Assembly (NCBI GenBank): GCA_021323735.1
Contig: JAJPKM010000014.1
Location: forward strand, 32,173 to 96,172
Source of the DNA: Gammaproteobacteria bacterium
GTDB lineage: Bacteria > Pseudomonadota > Gammaproteobacteria > Steroidobacterales > Steroidobacteraceae
Direction of reading: 5' to 3'
Length of the DNA stretch: 64,000 nucleotides
Shown here piece after piece: positions 30,652 to 38,865 of this stretch. Position numbers and translations under genes: made by a program. Positions within the stretch are counted from its first letter, which is position 1, and the number at the start of each line of letters is the position of its first letter. The notes under the pieces were generated by a model. It worked only from the letters and a program-made list of their open reading frames with translations. It was not told the origin of the DNA and ran no database searches.

Positions 30652-30738
30652 GCGCGGTCGGACGAAGCGATCATCGGTTGATTCTCAGCGAGTAAGTGGC
30701 GGAGCGGACCTCTCGACCTCAGAGTTGCCTGTGCCCGA
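30652..30738. repeat. Copy B of the ~88-bp direct repeat (partner at 17179-17268)
   Basis: See copy A. Confidence 0.7.
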
Positions 30739-30758
30739 GTTGGAGACCGTAAAGGAAG

Positions 30759-31853
30759 CTACTCGTCTGCCACGTCCCTGGTGAGGAGGCGAAGGAAAGC
30801 CGGATTCACGAACAATTTGGTCCTTCCAAACTGAGCGCTTGACAGTACTTTTGCCTGAGCGAGCTTGTTCAGATAAACGGAGGCCGTTTGTCTCTTGGCG
30901 ATGCCTGCGTTGGTCAGATTCTCAATGCGAGTGTACGGCTGCACAAAGATCGATTCGATCAGCTCCTTGGAATATATTTTCGGCAGCCTCTTCTTCACCG
31001 TAGCGGCAGTTCGTTCGGCCAGCTCTCGAATAGCCTGAATTTTCTCAACCGTCCATTTGGCGGTATCGGCAGTCGCGCGTAGCATATATAGAATCCACTC
31101 TTCCCACGCCTCCTCCTTGGTGACTCGCAGCAACAGATCGTAGTACGTCCGCTTGTTTCGAATGATGTACCGCGAGAGATACAGCACGGGGCTGTCGAGC
31201 AGCCCGTACTGAACCAAAATTAACAGGTTCAGGATTCTGCCGGTTCGACCGTTTCCGTCCGTGAAGGGATGGATGGCCTCGAACTGGTAGTGTGCAATCG
31301 CCATCCTCACCAATGGGTCCAAATCGCTCGGAAGGTTGACGAACCGCTCCCAGTTTGCAAGTTTGTCGCGGAGGAGGCTTTCGCCCACTGGCGGGGTATA
31401 GATGATGGCGCCGGTGCCTTCGTGGGCAAGGGCAGTACCTGGCACCCGCCGAACAGTCATTCTCACGTCCTTGATGATCGTGCAGATCTCCTCGGCAATT
31501 CGAGTATTTAGTGGCGTCTTGTCGATTGCTACGCAGCCATGGCGCAATGCTGTTCGGTACCGGAGCGCCTCTTTCGTTTGCGGATCTGCGCTATTCTCCT
31601 GAAGTTGAGCCTGACGAAAGAGTGCATCAGTCGTCGTGACGACATTCTCGATTGCCGAGCTCGCCTGAGCCTCAAGCAGCGGAATGGTATTGATCAAGAC
31701 CGTGGGATTCGGAATGAGCGCCGTCGCTTGCTTCAGACTGGCCAACGCCGCACGAGCCTCCACGCATGCTTTTAGCACCGGCTTATTCTCTAAGTCCCCT
31801 TTTGGAGGCAATAGAGGTAAGGCAACAAAGGGCGTATTCGGGTTAAATGGCAT
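30759..31853 (-). CDS. Fic/Doc-family protein (AMPylation-type) with a C-terminal wHTH-like region
   Basis: Canonical Fic motif 'HPFTDGNGRTGR'. AT-rich upstream region at 31860-31930. Confidence 0.85.
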   Translation of the reverse strand: MPFNPNTPFVALPLLPPKGDLENKPVLKACVEARAALASLKQATALIPNPTVLINTIPLLEAQASSAIENVVTTTDALFRQAQLQENSADPQTKEALRYRTALRHGCVAIDKTPLNTRIAEEICTIIKDVRMTVRRVPGTALAHEGTGAIIYTPPVGESLLRDKLANWERFVNLPSDLDPLVRMAIAHYQFEAIHPFTDGNGRTGRILNLLILVQYGLLDSPVLYLSRYIIRNKRTYYDLLLRVTKEEAWEEWILYMLRATADTAKWTVEKIQAIRELAERTAATVKKRLPKIYSKELIESIFVQPYTRIENLTNAGIAKRQTASVYLNKLAQAKVLSSAQFGRTKLFVNPAFLRLLTRDVADE

Positions 31854-32126
31854 ATGTCGATAAAGTATAGTTTTTTAAACACGTATAAACAACATGTTTA
31901 TCCTATCAACATATCGAGAGGACCTGTTTAAAACACAAGCCTTTTGAACGCTTCAACGTTTTGAGAAGGTTCCCGCACTCCCCCGCGTCTGTACCTTTTT
32001 CTCGCAGTTTGAATCGATAAGTGGCTAATTTTTAGAAGCGAATCAGGAGCCGCAGATTCGACCTCTGCATTGCCTATGCCAATATTGGCGCTCCGCGCCA
32101 AGAAACCGACGACGACGAGATGACTA

Positions 32127-32735
32127 CTAATGATCACTAACGGCCAAGCGATTCCGACGTTCGTCTTGATCGAAGACGTGTCCGAAGAGCTCGAAAATCG
32201 CTTGGACTAGTTGACGAGTTGCGATTGCATCACCCAATGCTGTATGCCGTTTCGAATCGTCAACCACCACTCCAAAATACTTCAACGCGCCATCGGAGGT
32301 CATCGCAGCGCTTGGGATCAGGTCCAGCTGATTTAACAAGTACAACATCGTATGCGTATCGAGGGTTCGGTGCGAAACCCCGGCTAGTTCGTCCTTGCCT
32401 CCTTGCGAAGCGAGTTGTTTGAGAAAGCTTAGATCAAACGCGATGTTATGACCCACCAGCTGTGCTGGTCGATTTGCAGAAACCTTCGCAAAAAAAGCTT
32501 CGATTCGCCTGATCGCTGACGCCGATTCGACCGCTTCGCGCTCCCAGTCCGCTTTGTATCGCTCAAAAAAGCGGCTCGCTTGCGGAGACCATACGATATT
32601 GTCGTGTCTAACGTAGATAGTTGTCGGAGCTACCGAACTTCCAAAGGGACTCAGACCGACAGCGAGAAGCTGATGGTTGAACGGATTCAACCCGCTAGTC
32701 TCTACGTCCACTGCCACAAGGTTACTTGGATTCAT
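32127..32735 (-). CDS. DEDDh-family 3'-5' exonuclease (DnaQ-like)
   Basis: Exo I 'VAVDVETSGLNP', Exo II 'LVGHNIAFDLSFL', Exo III 'HTALGDAIATRQL'. Confidence 0.8.
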   Translation of the reverse strand: MNPSNLVAVDVETSGLNPFNHQLLAVGLSPFGSSVAPTTIYVRHDNIVWSPQASRFFERYKADWEREAVESASAIRRIEAFFAKVSANRPAQLVGHNIAFDLSFLKQLASQGGKDELAGVSHRTLDTHTMLYLLNQLDLIPSAAMTSDGALKYFGVVVDDSKRHTALGDAIATRQLVQAIFELFGHVFDQDERRNRLAVSDH

Positions 32736-33504
32736 TGGACTTTCGCTCCGGACCGAACAACAGTGAGTATAGCTCGGTGATGATTGTGTCGCCAAAGCGC
32801 CCCCAGTGCAATCGATAGCTCGCCGTGAATCCGTTAACCATAAAAAGGGAAAACGCAATCAAACCAATAAGTTGGTACCAGCGCGGCGCGATGTGCATGA
32901 AGTGATTTGTAACGGCTGACGCAAACAGTGCGAGAGTGCACAACCAGAAAACAACCACCGCGCCCAGCACTAGAGATCGATGAAATGTGTATTTGTTCTG
33001 ATATGTCGTCACAAGGGAGTTAGCAACGTTTCGCGCCAAGTATGCCTTTCCGACGGGATAAAACATGCGCCATTCCAGACCTGCTGCGCCAGGTGGGGTG
33101 AATTTCTCGCGAACCCTGTCAAAGAGCGGACCGAGGGCAACCGCGTAACTATGTTCTGGCTTCGGGATCTTTAAGAACAGCGAACTCCACAGGAGGTGCC
33201 AGGAGTTCGCATTTGGGTCGGGTCTTCCAGAGCGACTAATCCACACCAGCAGATTGCCAAGAAAGTATGAGGCGAGGACTGCCGGAACTGCGAGACCGAC
33301 GCCGAGTCTGACGTCCAACTTTCGAATGAAGCCTTCAAGCCAATCTACAGTAAGCGCGGGAATCCCGCCTGATGTGAGGACGGATAGCAGGTCTCCAGTG
33401 CACCACCAGACGAGCAAAATAAAGAGGCAAAAAATGAAGCCGGGAAGGAAGACACCGAGCAATTCGTAAGAAAGGTTGACGAGCTTTGCGAGAATTTGAT
33501 CCAT
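32722..33504 (-). CDS. Polytopic membrane protein of unknown function (about 5-6 TM), translationally coupled to the exonuclease
   Basis: Hydrophobic helices throughout; overlaps the exonuclease gene start. Confidence 0.5.
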   Translation of the reverse strand: MDQILAKLVNLSYELLGVFLPGFIFCLFILLVWWCTGDLLSVLTSGGIPALTVDWLEGFIRKLDVRLGVGLAVPAVLASYFLGNLLVWISRSGRPDPNANSWHLLWSSLFLKIPKPEHSYAVALGPLFDRVREKFTPPGAAGLEWRMFYPVGKAYLARNVANSLVTTYQNKYTFHRSLVLGAVVVFWLCTLALFASAVTNHFMHIAPRWYQLIGLIAFSLFMVNGFTASYRLHWGRFGDTIITELYSLLFGPERKSNESK

Positions 33505-33934
33505 TGCACCTACTCCTTCCTTGAGCGATGATTTGACTAGAGTCGACCTCCTGAATAAACACGCGCTATTTTATTTGCGGTGGCTTCTGCCGCCAAGTCC
33601 TGCGCAAGGGATTCTCTCACTCGACCATGAAACTGTCGATTCGTATCCTATTGAAACCCGCAAAGTCCACGCAGAACGCAGAGGGGAATGCGCAGGCGAC
33701 TCTGTGCTACGGCCGTGGAGTCAATTGGCTCATCGACCTTTGCATCGCGTGGGCCAGGGTTGTCAGCGATTACAATGCATATTATTCGGCACTTCGTGCC
33801 TCACCCCTCGTGGAATTCTGTGCCGCCCTGCGGGCGTTCGCCGCCGTTGACGACATCGCCACTGCGGTCCGGAAACACGCCCCGGGGCTGGCTGCCGGCG
33901 TCCCCTGCCGGCCTCCGCCTCAAATCGCGAAAAC

Positions 33935-34564
33935 TTACTTCACCAGCTTCTTACCCGCCGCCCGCTCCATGGCAAGGAGCTGATCCGAGGTGGAGAGCAT
34001 CTTTGCGTGGTCGCCGCCCTCCACCATGTACTTTCCCGCAATTGCCAGGGCCGGCACACCGGGGATTCGGTAGTCGATCGCCTTTTGCTCCGCCTGCCCC
34101 GCGGATGTATTCACACCGAAGGAGCGAAACGCAGCAGTGAATTTAGGCATATCGACGCCGTGCTTCCCAACCCACGCCGTGATGCTCGCCTCATCGTAGA
34201 GCCACACATGATTCTTGTGGATGTCCTCGAAGATTTGAGTATCCAGCCGATCCACATCCCCCGTTGACTGCAAGGCGTAGTAAGCCTTAGCCAACGCCTC
34301 CCACTCCGGATGACCTAAGCCCACAGGAATACGCTTGAAACTTGTGTCTTTCGGCAGCGTCGCGAGCCAGCGCGCCAGTTTGGGGTAGAACGCGTAGCAA
34401 TGCGGACAACCCCACGAGAAAAATTCCAGCACCTCCACCTTCCCGGTGTTGCCCTGGCGCTGCGGCGTGTCGAGCACCATGTAGTCGTGCCCGGCGACGA
34501 TGCTGGCTTGAGGCGAGGTAGACAGCGCAAGGAAGGCAAGAGCGACGATTCCGATCCCCAGACG
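33935..34564 (-). CDS. dsbA: DsbA-family periplasmic thiol:disulfide oxidoreductase
   Basis: Signal peptide; thioredoxin-fold active site 'WGCPHCY'; about 210 aa. Confidence 0.85.
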   Translation of the reverse strand, partial: RLGIGIVALAFLALSTSPQASIVAGHDYMVLDTPQRQGNTGKVEVLEFFSWGCPHCYAFYPKLARWLATLPKDTSFKRIPVGLGHPEWEALAKAYYALQSTGDVDRLDTQIFEDIHKNHVWLYDEASITAWVGKHGVDMPKFTAAFRSFGVNTSAGQAEQKAIDYRIPGVPALAIAGKYMVEGGDHAKMLSTSDQLLAMERAAGKKLVK

Positions 34565-34695
34565 CATAGCAACTCCTTTTGAGAATGGACAACCCGCGAC
34601 CGAGACATTGATCTTAGCGCCAAACAGTCCGGCAATGAATGTTCTTCGTCTTGCCGAGCCATTCGGGCTCATGCCCTCGCCTGGCGCTCGGTGAC

Positions 34696-35631
34696 TCAGG
34701 CGCTATTTCCAGAATTGCAATTCGACATCTCCCGCTGCGCCTCGTCGATCTTAGCTGCCAGCTCCACAATCGAGTGCGCCGCGATAGGATTCCAGGCACG
34801 AAACACGAAATACCGTACGCCACGAATCGCCGCATTTCTCGTCGACGGTTTATAGAAAAGGCTCAAAAGGGATCGCAGCAGCGCCAGAATCTCACCCCGC
34901 TCGTAGATGCGATCGATCAACCGGCCCCTCTTGTTTGCAGTTCGCAGGCGTCGCATGACACTAAAAAAGCCGGTCACCGGGGATGGATCAAAGGCATACA
35001 CCTGCGTGACGCGCTTCACGCAATCGAGCGGCACCGAATAGGCGAACTGTTGCGCCAAACCGCCCCCAAGCGAGTGACCGGTCGAGTACAAGACGAGCTT
35101 GGATAAGCGCACCGGATCCATGCTTTTCGAGCGCCGCTCTAGTTCATAGTGAAAGTCGGGTGCAAACGTTTGCACGATGTCCGTGTACGCGTCGCGCTTC
35201 GCCGGGAAGAACCAGCGAAGATTCGCCCGCCAATCTGCATCGTTATTGAACACGGTGCCACCAAAGGTTACCGCAATAGCCGGAGGCTCATTCCTTTCCC
35301 AGACCTGGACCCGAAGATGCGTTTCCTTGATCTGCTTGAGCAACTCCTCTCCAGGGAAATTCTCCCACCGCCTCCATCCGGCTGCCGCCAAGGGCGGCAA
35401 TGGATTGGGAGCGACCGCAGGGGCGGCAGACTTAGATTTTTTCGCAACCTTCGCGATATGCTTTTTGCCGGCCGCGGTCTCCTGATAGGCTGCATCGCTC
35501 AGCCAAGCAAATTCCCAATGCTCCTGCGCAAAGGGAGTGATCGGCTGCGGCGCGCTTAGGAAGCGCTGACCGGGTGCCCTAACCACCACCTCGGTGGATC
35601 TTTGAAAAAACGCGCGCAATATCGGGATCAT
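34696..35631 (-). CDS. Alpha/beta hydrolase of the class-3 lipase (lipase_3 / DUF2974-like) family
   Basis: Nucleophile elbow 'GHSLGG' in 'LVLYSTGHSLGGGLAQQFAY'. Confidence 0.65.
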   Translation of the reverse strand: MIPILRAFFQRSTEVVVRAPGQRFLSAPQPITPFAQEHWEFAWLSDAAYQETAAGKKHIAKVAKKSKSAAPAVAPNPLPPLAAAGWRRWENFPGEELLKQIKETHLRVQVWERNEPPAIAVTFGGTVFNNDADWRANLRWFFPAKRDAYTDIVQTFAPDFHYELERRSKSMDPVRLSKLVLYSTGHSLGGGLAQQFAYSVPLDCVKRVTQVYAFDPSPVTGFFSVMRRLRTANKRGRLIDRIYERGEILALLRSLLSLFYKPSTRNAAIRGVRYFVFRAWNPIAAHSIVELAAKIDEAQREMSNCNSGNSA

Positions 35632-35664
35632 TGATCACACCTCCGCTGTTCCGCCTAGCGGGGC

Positions 35665-37530
35665 CTACTGGGCTACCAGAACCTCTGTCCCGTCGGAGGT
35701 ACCTGGCACGGCCGCTCGTTCGACGTGAACGGCCAACGCGAGATATTGCCCATCCAAACTAACCATGATCCGATCGCCAATCCACTCACTAAGCACCGAC
35801 ACGACAGATGACGCGCGATCTGCCACTTCAGGAAGGGCCAGGATTTGCTGTAGCGATCGATGCTGATCACAATACAAGTACACAGCACGATCGCGCGACC
35901 TAAGCACCGTCACCATACGCATAGCGCCGGGTCGGAAATCCCAGATCACGAGATAGTCGCCGTGATCAACACAGTTCAAGCCTCTGTTAGCTCGATTAGC
36001 GCGCCATCGAGCTACTGCATCGCGAGCGGCGCCAGTGTAAGTATGGGGGTCACGCCCATCGGCGTACTCGAAGTTGAAAAAATAAGCGATCTCTGCAACC
36101 GCCTCGCCTGGAAGATCATAGACAAGGGAATAGTTGCGCATGGGCTTGATATTGACGATTCCTAGGTTCTTCGCGTCATAGAAATTGGGACTGAAGCGAT
36201 CAAGGCGAATTCGGTCAATGCTGTGTGGGGGATGCAGATGGTGCAGCGAGTCCATAATATCGGCCATAGCGGCGTAGTCAGAAGCCTCCTCGCCCGGGAA
36301 CCCGTAGAGCAAGTTCCAGTGAGGAACTATTCCGAATTCTCTGCACCACTTCAGCAATTGAATGTTTTGAAGTCCAGTAATTCCCTTGCGCATGAGGCGC
36401 AATATCCCCGTGCTCAGACTCTCGATTCCGGGTTGAATGGCTACTATGCCCGCTTCACTCATACTGCGAAGTTGGAGCTTGGTAAGATTGGCCTTAGTCT
36501 CGTAGAACAACGAGAGCTTCACTTGCCTGCGCTTTAACGCAGGTAGTAGGTCCGCAAAGTATTTCATCGGGAAGATATTGTCGACCAAGCCAAAATGTAA
36601 CTGTTCATATCTTTTGGCCAACTCCTCCATTTCCTCGATAACTCGGGAGCCGCTCTTGCTCCGAAACTCCATTGAAGCGCCGTTCAAGCCACAAAATGTG
36701 CAATGGTGCTTTTTTCCCCACCAGCAGCCCCGTGACGATTCCATGGGCAGATCGCCCCCATTGGGTTGCGTCAGCTCGCAATCTTTGAGCTGCTCGAAGA
36801 AGTCGTCATAGTCGGGTGTGGGCAACGTGTCGAGGTGGTTCTCCATGTGCGGGGACAAGCTTGAAAAGCGGCTGGTTCCATCACGACGCGATATCACACC
36901 GGCAATTTCTTCCACTGAACGGCGGTCGCGCAATGCCAGCACTAGCTCTGGGAAGCTCCGATCCGCCTCGCCAGAGCATACGAAATCGATGAAATGGAAG
37001 GATCGATGTGTCTGCAATCCCATCGCGTCTTCGCAATTCGCTCCACCAAACACGATCGGTATTGTGGGAAATCGTGCCTTAACCCGTTTGGCCAACGCGA
37101 GAGACGCGACATGCTGCGAAAATGTGGACGTAAAGCCAACCACGTCATAGGATTGCCATTCTATTGACTCTAGGCAGTCCGCCAAAAATTGCTCGGCCAC
37201 CGACCGACACAGCTCAAGAGAGCGTCGGGACACATGCGGATTCTCAGATAGACTATGGTCCTGGACAAATTCAGTGAGGTAGGCATCATCAGACCTCTCG
37301 TGAGCCCCGGATAAGCAGGCACGGAAGACCCAATCGCCAGCTAAGCTCTCGGAGGAAACTGTTTCGGCGACAGCATGGTAAACCGCTTCTCCGACCCGCT
37401 CGGCGAATCGCATGCTCAAATACTGTACTCGTGCATGTACGTCGATCCGCGCGAGGTGTGCCTTGAGCAAACTGACACCAAGGTTTGGCCGGATCGATGC
37501 AAACGGCATCACGACAAACAGGACTCTCAT
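35665..37530 (-). CDS. B12-binding-domain radical SAM enzyme (RiPP-maturase-like)
   Basis: N-terminal Rossmann-like B12-binding region ('MRVLFVVMPFASI...'), then a Cys triad 'CWWGKKHHCTFCG' followed by a TIM-barrel-like rSAM core ('GLVDNIFP', 'ETKANL', 'IQPGIESLS'). Confidence 0.75.
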   Translation of the reverse strand: MRVLFVVMPFASIRPNLGVSLLKAHLARIDVHARVQYLSMRFAERVGEAVYHAVAETVSSESLAGDWVFRACLSGAHERSDDAYLTEFVQDHSLSENPHVSRRSLELCRSVAEQFLADCLESIEWQSYDVVGFTSTFSQHVASLALAKRVKARFPTIPIVFGGANCEDAMGLQTHRSFHFIDFVCSGEADRSFPELVLALRDRRSVEEIAGVISRRDGTSRFSSLSPHMENHLDTLPTPDYDDFFEQLKDCELTQPNGGDLPMESSRGCWWGKKHHCTFCGLNGASMEFRSKSGSRVIEEMEELAKRYEQLHFGLVDNIFPMKYFADLLPALKRRQVKLSLFYETKANLTKLQLRSMSEAGIVAIQPGIESLSTGILRLMRKGITGLQNIQLLKWCREFGIVPHWNLLYGFPGEEASDYAAMADIMDSLHHLHPPHSIDRIRLDRFSPNFYDAKNLGIVNIKPMRNYSLVYDLPGEAVAEIAYFFNFEYADGRDPHTYTGAARDAVARWRANRANRGLNCVDHGDYLVIWDFRPGAMRMVTVLRSRDRAVYLYCDQHRSLQQILALPEVADRASSVVSVLSEWIGDRIMVSLDGQYLALAVHVERAAVPGTSDGTEVLVAQ

Positions 37531-37589
37531 TGATCGTCAACTAAGCAGGCAATCGGGTGGCTCCATTCATAGCGACTTATCCTCCAGCC

Positions 37590-38534
37590 TCAATTTCGCG
37601 GCCGCAAATTGCTTGCGATCGCTTTAACCAACCACTTATAGGGAGAATTCTTATCTGCTCGAATAGAGTCCTTGATGGCAGAAAAAACGGCGCTCCGCTT
37701 TTCTATAGCATTCTTCATAAATCGCTTCACCGCGGGTACGCTTGATGATTTGAATACGTGCGGCAAAAGCGCGGATGCCATGTACCAGGACGATAGGTTG
37801 TCCGATGGATAATGCACTCCCGCAAAGACTCGTCTATCCCCAATGTCCCCCGCAAATTGCTCGAGGACTTGGATTGACCTCTTAGTCATCAGCGAGCGAA
37901 ACTCCGCGTAGACACTACAGACACCAATTAAGCCCTGCAGGCAATGACCGCTGACGAGCGACGACGTATCGGCGGTAGCTGCCCATCGATACTGGTAAGT
38001 CGAGCGCCTTTGTATAAATGCCACCTGCCAAGGACGGGGGCGCTGGAAAGCCCGCTTCAATTGAAGATCAATGGTTCCGACCTTATCTGTATATCCAGCG
38101 CGGAGAACATCACGCAACTGGCTTCCCACTAGCGGATCGAGAGTGGGATCGTAGCGCTCGTAGTTGAGGCCAAATCCGATGTTATCGTCATCCTCTTCGG
38201 CAAAGAAGTCTGAGTGAATAACCGTCGATCCATAAAATCCGTTGATTGGCAGACGAAGATGCGAATGCAATGCCGCTAAAAGGCGGAAATCAACATCAAA
38301 CAGCCGTTTGACGGTACCAGTATTCCACGCAGAGCCACCCGGGACGTAGAGTGGCCAGAGGTGTGTGGAGATGTCTCTCATTCTGGCATCCAGCCATTTC
38401 TGATAAGGCAATGCTTGCCGCGGCCGCCAGTCAAGAGGAATCTGTTGACTCGTAAGGTCGGCGAGCAGTCCTTCATCCATCTGACCCCAAGGAGGCACCT
38501 CTCCCGAGATCATGTTGGGTGTCTTGGCGCGCTT
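37590..38534 (-). CDS. PAP2-superfamily protein (acid phosphatase / vanadium-haloperoxidase fold)
   Basis: All three PAP2 signature motifs: 'KRAFQRPRP' (Kx6RP), 'SGH', 'RRVFAGVHYPSD' (Rx5Hx3D). Start taken at the internal Met, which overlaps the precursor stop. Confidence 0.6.
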   Translation of the reverse strand, partial: KRAKTPNMISGEVPPWGQMDEGLLADLTSQQIPLDWRPRQALPYQKWLDARMRDISTHLWPLYVPGGSAWNTGTVKRLFDVDFRLLAALHSHLRLPINGFYGSTVIHSDFFAEEDDDNIGFGLNYERYDPTLDPLVGSQLRDVLRAGYTDKVGTIDLQLKRAFQRPRPWQVAFIQRRSTYQYRWAATADTSSLVSGHCLQGLIGVCSVYAEFRSLMTKRSIQVLEQFAGDIGDRRVFAGVHYPSDNLSSWYMASALLPHVFKSSSVPAVKRFMKNAIEKRSAVFSAIKDSIRADKNSPYKWLVKAIASNLRPRN

Positions 38535-38797
38535 CATCGCTTGGCGCCGGGCGGATGGCTTCGGATATGGCAGATGCCCACCGCCCAACTGTCTGCGTCA
38601 ATCGGACCCAATGGGATTGTCGCAAATCGATCCAGATCAGCGGAAAGAGTTTTCAAAACGGCCAAATCCTCAGGGTCCAGCTCGACCAACGACTTCACAG
38701 CCTCTTGAGGCGCGGATTTGAGTAATTCGCGAAAGGCGGAATCGGTAGTAGCTTTGGTGACAAGAAGCTCCAATTGATCTTGGGAAAGTTTCGACAT
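38534..38797 (-). CDS. Small precursor-like peptide with an NHLP/Nif11-type leader region
   Basis: 87 aa; 'SQDQLELLVTKATTDSAFRELLKSAPQEAVKSLVELDPEDLAVLK' resembles nitrile-hydratase-leader-peptide/Nif11 RiPP leaders; C-terminal candidate core '...IPLGPIDADSWAVGICHIRSHPPGAKR'. GAGGA RBS 5 nt upstream of the ATG. Confidence 0.55.
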   Translation of the reverse strand: MSKLSQDQLELLVTKATTDSAFRELLKSAPQEAVKSLVELDPEDLAVLKTLSADLDRFATIPLGPIDADSWAVGICHIRSHPPGAKR

Positions 38798-38865
38798 GCG
38801 TTCCTCGCATTAGGTTTGTTCATAGGCTTTGATCAATAAGTCGAGTGGCAAAGAATACTGGCGAT

